Of a stretch of DNA of 64,000 bases, positions 35,873-44,771 are shown piece after piece. Both the position numbers and the translations under genes were made by a program. The notes under the pieces were generated by a model. The model searched no databases. It worked only from the letters and a program-made list of their open reading frames with translations, and was not told the origin of the DNA. This stretch comes from a virus. Within the stretch, counting starts at the first letter, position 1, and every line of letters begins with the position of its first letter. The DNA is taken from the IMG/VR virus record IMGVR_UViG_3300037454_000319. One strand, 5' to 3'.

Positions 35873-36490
35873 ATTAATTCTTGACAACTTTATAAAAAGA
35901 ACATTGTCGGTTTTTATTCGCCGTACTCATACAACGCTGCACATTATTCAGTCACAGTGGCGATAAGTCTGAGCCCCAGAGCCGTCGCTCTGAAACTTCT
36001 TACCGCGAGTCCGAAGACTCCAAGCACTGAGGGGAATCTTTCTACCCCCAACTTTCACCCATCATTCAGAATTTGATAATTATAATACTTTCTATCATCA
36101 AAACCAAATCTGAGCCTTGGGCTACTCGTACCACCATCGGGTTTCCTTTCCATTTCTGAAAAGGTTATAGGCTCAACCCCATTGCTTTGCATTCCCTGTA
36201 TTTGCTCACATCTTGCGGACGTGGTCTGCAGGGTTCTTCCCATCTGGGCGTCTATTGTTGGGGCAACCAGTTTAGGTGTACCATTGCTTCACGTTGCACC
36301 TGTGCCACTACTTCTTCATTGGTGGCTGGTATACCACCTGCCCATATCCCCTTTCGGTTCAATGGCCGCTCCCGTTTTGAGGTATCCCTCTGACGAAAAC
36401 GAGACAGTTCCATAGTGCCCATGCAGAGTTGATTAGACCCTCATTTTAACACATGGTTACAACATACTTTTTATGAAGTTGTCAAGATAA
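35873..36490 (-). ncRNA. ~620-nt GC-rich (~48%) noncoding island between tRNA-Ala and a tRNA fragment; possible TTGACA-N17-TTGTAA promoter near 36440-36470
   Basis: no ORF >62 aa in any frame; many GC hairpins; adjacent HNH endonuclease. Confidence 0.3.
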
Positions 36491-36491
36491 G

Positions 36492-36560
36492 TGGTCGGCG
36501 AGATGGGATTCGAACCCACACTGAATGGATTTTCGTACTACTCTATATCGCTATAGCCGC
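36492..36560 (-). pseudogene. tRNA 3'-fragment / pseudo-tRNA (GTGTGGGTTCGAATCCCATCTCGCCGACCA)
   Basis: good T-arm and CCA but 5' half not tRNA-like. Confidence 0.4.
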
Positions 36561-36608
36561 ATAATGCGTTGTAGTCTGGACTTAGTCTTTACCATATTCA
36601 TATAGAAC

Positions 36609-37124
36609 TTAGGTAGCTGGTGTAAAGTCTCTACACATAGATTTTAGACGTACATTTCTACCACGATAAGTTTCTGTAAGAGCATGACAATTTGGGCATA
36701 AATAACGAAGATTAGATAATTCATTATTAGTATTATCTCCATCAATATGGTCAATTTCTAATGAAATTATCCCACCTTGCCAAGAACCATCACAACCACA
36801 ATTAATACATTTATAATCAAGAAGTTTATATCTTTCAACATATCCTCTTAATCCTTTTTGGCTAATTGGGCTGTTTTTAATGAAGACTTCTTCTAATGTA
36901 TATTTCTCTTTACGTTTAAGTGAAGCATTATCATCTTTTGTAAGACCTTTACTCCAACCTTGACCTTTAAAATGAGAAACATCAATTCCAAATTCTTCAA
37001 TTTTGTTCTTTAGAGTTTTTTGTGCTCCACCGCCTTGTGCACGTCCCGATTTTCTCAGAACTTCTGCATAAGAAAAGCTTTCTGCACAAACTTTCTCTAA
37101 CCACTCTTTAGTATATTTCTGCAT
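36609..37124 (-). CDS. HNH homing endonuclease
   Basis: C-terminal EIDHIDGDNTNNELSNLRYLCPNCHALTE HNH motif; sits in tRNA region. Confidence 0.75.
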   Translation of the reverse strand: MQKYTKEWLEKVCAESFSYAEVLRKSGRAQGGGAQKTLKNKIEEFGIDVSHFKGQGWSKGLTKDDNASLKRKEKYTLEEVFIKNSPISQKGLRGYVERYKLLDYKCINCGCDGSWQGGIISLEIDHIDGDNTNNELSNLRYLCPNCHALTETYRGRNVRLKSMCRDFTPAT

Positions 37125-37420
37125 TTTATCACCTCAATTATAAGGTAGGAAGACGCAGAAATTACTCAAAACTTTTCGTCTGCCTAAAATCCTTGCACGG
37201 CGTTCTGTGTTCGCCTTCGCCGTTTTAGCCAGCTTCTACTCTCAGAGTTTTCCTCTGAGGCACTCTCTACTATTGAAGTAGCATTACATAGTAACAGAAC
37301 ACATCAAAGTCCATTGCCTCTGCCTGTTGCGCTACTCGCCGTTTGGTTGCCATAAGGTTCGCAAGCCACACATCAACTTTTTATTAAAGTGAGAGTTTCA
37401 TTTGTTCTAAAACTCACTAT

Positions 37421-37494
37421 TGGTTGCGGCCCAAGGATTCGAACCAAGAACTTCTGGTAATGAGCCAGATATTATGCCTTTTCACTAAACCGCA
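37421..37494 (-). tRNA. tRNA (CAT) copy 3, weak T-stem
   Basis: loop CTCATTA, acceptor TGCGGTT/GGCCGCA. Confidence 0.4.
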
Positions 37495-37510
37495 ATATAT
37501 TCTCTTTAAC

Positions 37511-37552
37511 TTTTCTAAAATTATTATATCATAATTTCTAAAAAAAGTCAAA
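37511..37552 (-). promoter_or_regulatory. conserved promoter copy 20
   Basis: -10 37523-37528, -35 37546-37551. Confidence 0.7.
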
Positions 37553-38290
37553 TTTTCTTTTGTCTAAGTCATTTCGTAAGCACTCTCACCACGTGAAGGT
37601 AGACTTAATTGAGAGTATTTTTTGTTAATGTCTGGTGCCGCCACATCATCCTGCACACAGGAGACAGGGTACTCGAACCCCTCAACAACCTTAACAAGGG
37701 AATTTCAACCCATCTTGACAATTATAAAGCCGCCAAGCGAAACGGCTTTGGCATTTTATCCTCTTAATCGAGAGGCGCTTACCATCGCGCGGTCATACCT
37801 TCTGTATGAGCCTTTGTAATGTCGTCAGGTTCCCACACTATCGCAGTAAACTCGCCGCTTAACCATCAAGTTTAAGGATTATAATATATTCAAACTTGAA
37901 AAATATATACTTCATTCTTCCTTTTTACATCGTCAGCAGTAGATGTGTAGCATATTATCGAAATGCCATCACGCCGCTTATCCAACAGCGGTAGTAGAAC
38001 CGTATCGTAGGCAAACGCCGCTTAACCAACCGCGGTAGTAGGAAAAGAGAAACAGTTTATACTGCCATCACACAGTCGGGTAGGTCTGTGATGGGTACTA
38101 CCCAATTAGGGCTTTTAGAGTTTGGTACGGTCTCAAAAGATAAACCCATAGAACTCATACCGTGGCAATTTAGTGTCATCGTCTCGCACGACGAGAGTTT
38201 TAACGTCTTTACTTTGACAGCGCCGCAACCAGCAACGTTGCACTTGTTTTGCATTTCATTTTGCAGGTCTGTGAAAACAAGAAACCTTTG
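37553..38290 (-). ncRNA. ~740-nt noncoding region upstream of tRNA-Gly with tandem hairpin repeats (acgccgcttaaccaaccgcggtagtag x2-3 at 37850-38045)
   Basis: no credible ORF; direct repeats 37971-38002 and 38014-38045 each form CCGC...GCGG hairpins. Confidence 0.3.
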
Positions 38291-38294
38291 ACCT

Positions 38295-38369
38295 TGGAGC
38301 GGAATACGAGACTCGAACTCGCAACACCTGCTTGGAAGGCAAGGATGTTCCCAATTACACCAATTCCGC
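38295..38369 (-). tRNA. tRNA-Gly (TCC)
   Basis: loop CTTCCAA. Confidence 0.6.
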
Positions 38370-38449
38370 ATTAACAAGACACTTATAAATAGCTACTTTT
38401 GATTAACCGTCAAATGCTTTTTTCTATAAGAAATTTGCTGAATGTGTCT

Positions 38450-38490
38450 TTCAATATAAATATTATATCATAATTTATTTTAAAAGTCAA
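38450..38490 (-). promoter_or_regulatory. conserved promoter copy 21 (spacer 16)
   Basis: -10 38462-38467, -35 38484-38489. Confidence 0.6.
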
Positions 38491-38504
38491 ATTTTCGACT
38501 TCTA

Positions 38505-38790
38505 AATTTCTTTAAAACCCTTGCTTGTACATCGAATCCTCGTATTATATCCACAGTCACATCGTGATTTACTCCCACACAAGAGGGCTACCATGGAGAA
38601 GGGGCACGCCCCGAGGTGGGCGGCAATTACAGAGAGCGCTATATTGGCTGATATAACGCCCAAAGGAACTCTGTCTACACGTGGTAGATGAGCTATCGCA
38701 TTTCTGCGACCCCGCACAGCGGGTAGCGGTGTCGGATACTCCGCCTTAAGAGATGAACTACATATCATCGTAGAGGTTATAATAACCTCT
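38505..38790 (-). ncRNA. ~285-nt GC-rich noncoding region downstream of promoter 21 and upstream of tRNA-Ser (candidate structured RNA / leader)
   Basis: ORF 38502..38768 has implausible composition; hairpins ggggcacgcccc, cccgcacagcggg. Confidence 0.3.
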
Positions 38791-38884
38791 TGGCGCGGAG
38801 AGAGGGACTCGAACCCTCGCGGCGGTTATTAGCCGCCCTACTCCCTTAGCAGGGGAGCCTCGTCACCAACTTGAGTACCTCCGC
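38791..38884 (-). tRNA. tRNA-Ser (GCT), long variable arm
   Basis: 94 nt, loop CTGCTAA. Confidence 0.6.
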
Positions 38885-38985
38885 ATTAATATCCGCTGAG
38901 CATCTTATTGGAACGCTTTCACCTTGCGAGACCTCTATTGTTTATTTGCTGGCAGAATTTGAACCATTAACCATAGCGAATATCT

Positions 38986-39058
38986 GGTGGGACTGGGAAG
39001 ATTCGAACTTCCGTACGACCGTTATGAGCGGTCAGTCCTGCCATTAGACGACAGTCCC
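38986..39058 (-). tRNA. tRNA-Met/Ile2 (CAT) copy 4
   Basis: loop CTCATAA. Confidence 0.55.
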
Positions 39059-39113
39059 ATAAAGAAAGGAAAGGGGCATACTTTACAAATGGCTATGCCA
39101 GACCAGAATCAGT

Positions 39114-39187
39114 TGGCTTCTGCGAAGGGAGTCGAACCCCTATTCTAAGAGCCAAAATCTTATGTCCTACCATTAGACGACGCAGAA
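39114..39187 (-). tRNA. tRNA-Gln (TTG)
   Basis: acceptor TTCTGCG/CGCAGAA, loop TTTTGGC. Confidence 0.5.
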
Positions 39188-39203
39188 ATAAATTTGTGAC
39201 TGA

Positions 39204-39253
39204 TTTTCTCAATCACTATAAATATTATATCATAAAATTATAAAAAAGTCAAA
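39204..39253 (-). promoter_or_regulatory. conserved promoter copy 22
   Basis: -10 39224-39229, -35 39247-39252. Confidence 0.7.
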
Positions 39254-39713
39254 TTTTTGAGAACTCTTTTATATCATAATCGTGGCTATTAAACCACTTA
39301 TGTATCATTATTCTTTCTGAACATAGTTGCTCAGGCTTCTCATAAACTATCAGTGCCGCCACGGGGTCGCCTTCAAATCCCAAGAACTCTTTTGCTCGTT
39401 TACCAAATGACTCAAATCGAGAGATAATATCTTCATAATCTAAGTATTTTAGCTGTACATAATAATCATGTAAAAACGGACAAACTTGAGGATTCGACTT
39501 ACAACCCTTGCCGCCACATTCTGCGATGTTCTGAAAGTCTGGTACGAAAGGCTCAGCGCGGCAACCAATTAAAACTCCATTCTTATCAACATAAGTTGAC
39601 TTCATATCTCCATTGATATGATACCACGCTGGGTCAAATGCCGCCGTGCTAAGTGGAATTATATTAGGAGTAAAAAATCTTATTTGATAGAAGTATGAAG
39701 TTATAATTTCCAT
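39249..39713 (-). CDS. hypothetical Cys-rich protein (start MEIITSYFY)
   Basis: ORF trimmed. Confidence 0.45.
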   Translation of the reverse strand: MEIITSYFYQIRFFTPNIIPLSTAAFDPAWYHINGDMKSTYVDKNGVLIGCRAEPFVPDFQNIAECGGKGCKSNPQVCPFLHDYYVQLKYLDYEDIISRFESFGKRAKEFLGFEGDPVAALIVYEKPEQLCSERIMIHKWFNSHDYDIKEFSKI

Positions 39714-39838
39714 TACTCGCCCTTGCCTTCTCCTGCGATTATCTTCTCCCAGCAGTCTGGGCAAAGAGTAGCTTCCTCGTCAACTGACTCAAATGTCTTT
39801 CCACATTCGCTACAAATTATCTCATAAGTATCACTCAT
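39713..39838 (-). CDS. small zinc-ribbon protein (MSDTYEIICSECGK...)
   Basis: RBS AAGGAGGA. Confidence 0.4.
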   Translation of the reverse strand: MSDTYEIICSECGKTFESVDEEATLCPDCWEKIIAGEGKGE

Positions 39839-40154
39839 TTGTTTCGTCCTCCTTAGACTTCTCAGTATATACCCATGCCTGCTTACCGTCAGCAAGAATA
39901 TATATAGCATTAAGTTTAAATGTTTCAGGCTTCTGATTTACTATTTCAACAGTATGCTTTACGCCTGCGAGTCTGTCTTCTTCAAGACTTACTCTAAATT
40001 CCTTTCCACTCATGTTCTGGACGATGGATTTTGTACTTGAAAGTGACAACTTGCCATCTACTCCTACAATTTTTTCGACCACATTTATATGGAAACGAAT
40101 TTTTGCTTTAACAATATCCCAAGGCTGAAATCCTCTTGTTCCTTTTGGTTCCAT
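39831..40154 (-). CDS. hypothetical protein (start MEPKGTRGF, RBS AGGAGGAG)
   Basis: ORF trimmed. Confidence 0.45.
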   Translation of the reverse strand: MEPKGTRGFQPWDIVKAKIRFHINVVEKIVGVDGKLSLSSTKSIVQNMSGKEFRVSLEEDRLAGVKHTVEIVNQKPETFKLNAIYILADGKQAWVYTEKSKEDETNE

Positions 40155-40175
40155 GTGTTTTCTCCTCCTGTTTGA

Positions 40176-40216
40176 TTTTCTATATATATTATACAATAAA
40201 ATATAAAAAAAGTCAA
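40176..40216 (-). promoter_or_regulatory. conserved promoter copy 23
   Basis: -10 40188-40193, -35 40210-40215. Confidence 0.65.
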
Positions 40217-40233
40217 ATTTTTAGGAAAAGAAA

Positions 40234-40257
40234 AGAGGGGTTATTGAAAACCCCTCT
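40234..40257 (-). terminator. terminator agaggggt-tattgaaa-acccctct + T-run
   Basis: 8-bp stem. Confidence 0.65.
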
Positions 40258-40262
40258 CGCTA

Positions 40263-40784
40263 TTAACCAGTAATAGCAGTCTCTGTGCCGCCACCTGCTT
40301 CTACTTCGTCATCGAGCTGGTCTGCGAGACTCTTAATCTGAGCCTGGATGAGACTGCGCTGATGTTCAAGAATAGGAAGAATTGTAGCTGCATAGCTTCC
40401 ATCTGCCCAACCGCTTATCTCAGCGTCAATGTTACCGAAGTCGTAACTTGCGTCACCAATCTTAATGATAACATCTTTCTTCTTTTCATTGAGATTATCA
40501 ATCATACGATTGATAACGGCTGCTTTCTTAGAAAGTTTGCAGATTTGTCCTTCAATACTACTCTTCTTTGGCTCTGGCTCAGGTTCTGGCTGAGGAGCTG
40601 GTGGAAGAGGAGGTACAGGACAAGGAGGAAGAGGGTAATATGGAGGTGGAGGTGGGAATGGAGGGCATGGACATGCCGGTCCGTACACGAGTCCACTTGG
40701 ATTTGGGTTAGCAGGAACTGCTGATTGCCCATTCTGTCCATATATTGCTAAGTCGCTGTTATGTACACAGTCAATTTGTGGCAT
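40263..40784 (-). CDS. proline-rich hypothetical protein
   Basis: PPFPPPPPYYPLPPCPVPPLPPAP low-complexity. Confidence 0.5.
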   Translation of the reverse strand: MPQIDCVHNSDLAIYGQNGQSAVPANPNPSGLVYGPACPCPPFPPPPPYYPLPPCPVPPLPPAPQPEPEPEPKKSSIEGQICKLSKKAAVINRMIDNLNEKKKDVIIKIGDASYDFGNIDAEISGWADGSYAATILPILEHQRSLIQAQIKSLADQLDDEVEAGGGTETAITG

Positions 40785-40822
40785 TTAATCTACCTCCCTT
40801 AAATAAATTTGGGTATCCGAGG

Positions 40823-40841
40823 ATACCCTTCTTTATTAAGG
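40823..40841 (-). terminator. hairpin gggtatcc-gag-ggataccc (possible terminator)
   Basis: 8-bp stem, weak T-run. Confidence 0.4.
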
Positions 40842-40870
40842 TGAAATTTTAAATCAAATTATCTAATAAA

Positions 40871-41788
40871 TTAGTGCGCTGCTCTATCTGCTTCGTTAAG
40901 TAATGCAAGGTGTGCCATAAATTCTGCATCAAAACGCTGAGCAAGTTTCTCTACATAACCAGACTTATAGTGGTCCATATGGTGTTGAATTAAGTTTGCA
41001 ATGTATAAGCTCTGCCACTGGTCTGATGCATGAGATAAGTACATATATGCACTAACGTTTTCGTGATTGTAGTAGTGAGCTTCTTCTGTCGGCTCATTAC
41101 GTGCATTATGGAATACCTTACAATAAGGCTTTCCAAGGTCATGATAACGTGCCGCCACCTGAATCCACCAGAACTCTGCCCCTGGCATACGGTTATTGAG
41201 CTTAAGTTCCTGACGCTTTCTCTTTATAATGAAGTCCTCTGCAAGAACCATGTGGTGTCCGATTGTCTCAGAATGGTGGTGATTATCATGGGAAATTTTC
41301 ATTGCCTTAGCAAGTTCATCTTCCAAATATTCATTATCTAATGAGTTACCGTACATAACGATTTCATCCCAACCCTCAGACTCATGTGGCACTTCGAAGT
41401 TTCTCAACATACGGTCAAGAGCATAATCAGGAACTTGACGCTCACGACCTGCATTCTGCTCCTTCACAACCTCGAAAGGCGGCACAACAAGTACGCAAAT
41501 CTTTTGAACATTAGGAATATGTGAAAGTTCCTTTAATAAGTTAATACGACGCTTAGCATTAATGTTTGTTGCATCATAGAATACATCTGCACCCGCCTTT
41601 AAAAATTCTCTTGTTCTCTTTAACATTATGTCAAATACTTCGCCATTATGCTCTTGGTCATTTACATCTCCGAATACTTCTTCACGAATTGCATCTGAAG
41701 AAACATACTCAGCATATAAATAATTTTCAGCATAAACCGTGGACTTACCAGCTCCTGCAATGCCAACAGCCATATAAAATCTTGCCAT
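40871..41788 (-). CDS. polynucleotide 5'-kinase (P-loop) fused to HD phosphohydrolase domain; putative RNA-repair kinase-phosphatase
   Basis: Walker A GIAGAGKST; HD motif HSETIGHHM...HDLGK. Confidence 0.6.
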   Translation of the reverse strand: MARFYMAVGIAGAGKSTVYAENYLYAEYVSSDAIREEVFGDVNDQEHNGEVFDIMLKRTREFLKAGADVFYDATNINAKRRINLLKELSHIPNVQKICVLVVPPFEVVKEQNAGRERQVPDYALDRMLRNFEVPHESEGWDEIVMYGNSLDNEYLEDELAKAMKISHDNHHHSETIGHHMVLAEDFIIKRKRQELKLNNRMPGAEFWWIQVAARYHDLGKPYCKVFHNARNEPTEEAHYYNHENVSAYMYLSHASDQWQSLYIANLIQHHMDHYKSGYVEKLAQRFDAEFMAHLALLNEADRAAH

Positions 41789-41791
41789 ATT

Positions 41792-42016
41792 TTAATCTCC
41801 TTTCCACTTTAAAAATCCGCCTATATTAATAATGAAATAAACTATATACATTAATACCATAGGGAGATTAAATACTCCTATAATATTAACTGCAATCCAA
41901 AGAAAATTTCCTACTATCCAAGCAAGCCACCCACTACGCTTTTTCAGCATAATTAAGATGTTGCCACCAATAGAAAAGATAAATCCTAAGATTGAAAGAA
42001 TTAAAATCCAATTCAT
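41792..42016 (-). CDS. small membrane protein
   Basis: ORF, 2-3 TM. Confidence 0.45.
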   Translation of the reverse strand: MNWILILSILGFIFSIGGNILIMLKKRSGWLAWIVGNFLWIAVNIIGVFNLPMVLMYIVYFIINIGGFLKWKGD

Positions 42017-42025
42017 CTAATCACC

Positions 42026-42067
42026 TTCAATATAAAAATTATATCATAAATGAAAGAAAAAGTCAAA
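42026..42067 (-). promoter_or_regulatory. conserved promoter copy 24 (upstream half divergent)
   Basis: -10 42038-42043, -35 42061-42066. Confidence 0.6.
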
Positions 42068-42085
42068 GGTTTTATTCCTTTGACT
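42061..42085 (-). terminator. terminator agtcaaagg-ttttatt-cctttgact fused to promoter 24
   Basis: 9-bp stem + T-run. Confidence 0.65.
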
Positions 42086-42098
42086 TTTAAATAATTAG

Positions 42099-42419
42099 TT
42101 ATGCCTCTGCGTCATCTTTCTTAGGCTCTTCCTCTTCCTTGTTATCTTCAGCAGGAGCAGTAGCATTTGCAGCGAAAACCTGTGCCGCCTCAGCAACACA
42201 AACTACGCCAGCACCCATCAATTCCTGCTTAGTACCAGGCTGTGGATAGATTGATTTTTCAAAGCCTTCAATTGTGTTCTTCTCTAAATTGCCAACTGCT
42301 AATGCCTGTGCCTTTTCAGGTTTACCTGAAGCCGCCTGCTGGTACTGAGCTTCTGCATATGCAGCAGGTCCATAGAAAGACTGCTTAATACCATAGGTTG
42401 GTCTTGAGTTATATGTCAT
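42099..42419 (-). CDS. hypothetical protein
   Basis: ORF. Confidence 0.5.
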   Translation of the reverse strand: MTYNSRPTYGIKQSFYGPAAYAEAQYQQAASGKPEKAQALAVGNLEKNTIEGFEKSIYPQPGTKQELMGAGVVCVAEAAQVFAANATAPAEDNKEEEEPKKDDAEA

Positions 42420-42643
42420 TTATATCCCTCCTTTATAAAATTAGCAGAAACTCTGCTTCATTATAAAGTGAAATTAGACATATTCTCCTCTAATTAAAGG
42501 CTGTTTCTCAACGTAATAATAGCCAATTTGCCCCATAGCTTGCAAATAAATTCCCGTATCAATGGCAAAGCACTCTTCTTCATATACACTATGAACCCTT
42601 GCTGTGCCGCCGTTCTTGTCTCCTACGTAAAGTAAATAAACCA

Positions 42644-42979
42644 TCACTTCTCATCTCCATAAATAAAATATCCCAAACCTTTTGATGTCATGTAGTTGAC
42701 ATAATTAGTCCAGTTTGTGTTTATAATTGTACATATTTTTTCAGCCTTTGCCTTAGAAGGAAAGACTACATATATAAAGTTGTCTACCTTTCTAATTACA
42801 GCACCATTGACGGCACAATAACGGATATAATCTGCATAAGAAAATCCAAGAAGTCGTGCCGCGAGGTTGGAATATGAGAAAGGCATTACTACTTTGGGGT
42901 AATGTGCAAAGAAGTCTTCATCAAGACCGATTATATAATTTTTGAGGTTATTGTCCTCTCTTACTGTAAATGCTTTCAT
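42644..42979 (-). CDS. hypothetical protein
   Basis: ORF. Confidence 0.45.
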   Translation of the reverse strand: MKAFTVREDNNLKNYIIGLDEDFFAHYPKVVMPFSYSNLAARLLGFSYADYIRYCAVNGAVIRKVDNFIYVVFPSKAKAEKICTIINTNWTNYVNYMTSKGLGYFIYGDEK

Positions 42980-43323
42980 GCGTCTACCTCCATTGGTAAG
43001 AAATGATATTCTAATGTTTCGGGGTCAATAATTGCTTGATAGCATTTAACATCATACTCATAACAGCAATTAAATTCAATTCTACACCCACGAGACTTTT
43101 CCCAATTTGGAGCAAAGATTGCGATAGCTGCTTTTGAAAGCTCTTGTATAGCATGACCAAGACAGAATAAAGGATTTACATTCTCTGCGCCCTTTATAAA
43201 TGAGTCAAGGAAATAATTTGTGCCGCCAAAGACATCATTAAAAGCTTCTATCATTCTTGTTCTTTCTTCAAGTATTTGATTTTGTGTTAAGCCATTCATG
43301 GGCTGAGATATAAATACATTCAT
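42976..43323 (-). CDS. hypothetical protein
   Basis: ORF. Confidence 0.45.
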   Translation of the reverse strand: MNVFISQPMNGLTQNQILEERTRMIEAFNDVFGGTNYFLDSFIKGAENVNPLFCLGHAIQELSKAAIAIFAPNWEKSRGCRIEFNCCYEYDVKCYQAIIDPETLEYHFLPMEVDA

Positions 43324-43652
43324 TACACTTCTCCTATTAATTTAATCATATCCTGAAATTCATCATTCTTTGGGCGGCACACTTCTTCATAAAGAAATTC
43401 AGAGTCAATCGGCTGAATAGGAGCATTATTAATCATTGCTTCGATTTCTTTAATAAAAGCTGTGCCGTCGTCAGGCTCACCGTCAAAAGTTATTTCAACT
43501 CTTTCAGATTTTGGTTTATAGTCTTTAATAATGTATTTTGATACCGTAGAAGCAGAACAGCCAATGATTTTAGCAACCTGAGACTTTACGCCTATCTGAC
43601 AATAGAGTTCATTAATCTGTTCGATTATTTCTGGTGTAACTTTAATTGCCAT
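43323..43652 (-). CDS. HTH DNA-binding protein (possible transcription regulator)
   Basis: SQVAKIIGCSASTVSKYI helix-turn-helix. Confidence 0.45.
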   Translation of the reverse strand: MAIKVTPEIIEQINELYCQIGVKSQVAKIIGCSASTVSKYIIKDYKPKSERVEITFDGEPDDGTAFIKEIEAMINNAPIQPIDSEFLYEEVCRPKNDEFQDMIKLIGEV

Positions 43653-43849
43653 TATCTTCTCGCCTTCCTTTTCACAAAGTCACGAAACTCCTGTTTATTT
43701 TTCTCATGTATACTGTCTGAATTAGAAGCTTTTTCTCTTAAAGGGGTAGCGTCTAAAATTTCAGTCAACAAGTTAATAGAATATACTGCATCTTCAGCTG
43801 CATCTTCTAATTCATCTGTAGCTTTTATAAGTCTTTTTGCTTCTTCCAT
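43652..43849 (-). CDS. hypothetical protein
   Basis: ORF. Confidence 0.4.
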   Translation of the reverse strand: MEEAKRLIKATDELEDAAEDAVYSINLLTEILDATPLREKASNSDSIHEKNKQEFRDFVKRKARR

Positions 43850-44044
43850 TTACTTCTCCTCCCTCATATTTTCTATATGTTGCTTTATAATTATTGCAGG
43901 AGTGTTTGTATGCGGTTCAAGATATTTCATTATATCTGTTATTGCTTCTATATATCCATCTCTTTTTCCTACATAATATCCAGCATCATATCCTCTGTCA
44001 TAAGCATCTTCCCGCGCCATTCTTTCTTCAAATGTCCTACTCAT
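43850..44044 (-). CDS. hypothetical protein
   Basis: ORF. Confidence 0.4.
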   Translation of the reverse strand: MSRTFEERMAREDAYDRGYDAGYYVGKRDGYIEAITDIMKYLEPHTNTPAIIIKQHIENMREEK

Positions 44045-44245
44045 TTACTCATTCTCCTCCCAATCTTTCTTGGTTTTATTACTCATCTTTTCAAGAAGCT
44101 CTCTTAATTCCATTACATCTGATGAATAAGCTGAAATACGATAATTCCTCTGCTCTGTAACGATAAGAACTTCTTGGTCGTGCGGGATAATACTTATAGC
44201 ATTATCAAGATTAACATACTCTTTACCAATTCTAATAATATTCAT
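44045..44245 (-). CDS. hypothetical protein
   Basis: ORF. Confidence 0.4.
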   Translation of the reverse strand: MNIIRIGKEYVNLDNAISIIPHDQEVLIVTEQRNYRISAYSSDVMELRELLEKMSNKTKKDWEENE

Positions 44246-44523
44246 AGTTCCTCCTTGTATGATAACACAAGGTCATTCCAGTCTACAATAGCATACATAT
44301 ATGCTCTTTCCCAAGATGCCTTGCCCTCTTCTACTTTTAGATGTGGTTTACCAAATAATGGTTTGCATTGAATTGTACACCATGCCCCGAATGACATTGA
44401 CTCGTATTCAGTGTCTCGAATAACTCGCGGCATTTTACCGCAGATTGGGCAAGGCATTAATTTGATTTTATGTTCTTGAGCCATTACTCTACACCAGTAA
44501 ACAAAGCGCCACAATTTGCACAA
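44242..44523 (-). CDS. Lar-like zinc-ribbon protein (third paralog)
   Basis: LMPCPICGKMPRVI...FGAWCTIQCK...AIVDWN. Confidence 0.45.
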   Translation of the reverse strand: MCKLWRFVYWCRVMAQEHKIKLMPCPICGKMPRVIRDTEYESMSFGAWCTIQCKPLFGKPHLKVEEGKASWERAYMYAIVDWNDLVLSYKEEL

Positions 44524-44771
44524 TAATTGGTTCTAAAACCAAATTCATAATGACACGCTTTGCACTCATAACAAGTATCTCCTGCTCTTGTGCTCCATTT
44601 TATCATCTTTGTTTCAGTTTTATAAGGTGGATGAACTTCATTAAGAGTTGCAAGAACTTCACGGATTTCTTTTCCATTTAACTGCCACTCTTCACCTATA
44701 TGAAATCTTTTTGAGTGCTGTCCTTTTTCTATAAAAAGAACTTCTAATTCATCTTTTGTAATTGCTATCAT
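44484..44771 (-). CDS. zinc-ribbon protein
   Basis: CYECKAC...CANCGAL. Confidence 0.4.
   Translation of the reverse strand: MIAITKDELEVLFIEKGQHSKRFHIGEEWQLNGKEIREVLATLNEVHPPYKTETKMIKWSTRAGDTCYECKACHYEFGFRTNYCANCGALFTGVE

Noticed and set aside
35873-36490. RNase P RNA or tmRNA in the GC-rich island
   Set aside because: I could not find the GGAAAGUCC / ACAGAA...GGCUUA (RNase P) blocks or a tmRNA-type T-arm and tag frame. Left as an unassigned structured region.
38502-38768. 88-aa ORF MICSSSLKAEYPTPLPAVRGRR...
   Set aside because: Cys/Arg/Ser/Gly-rich, no RBS, lies in a GC-rich hairpin-dense leader. Treated as noncoding RNA region instead.
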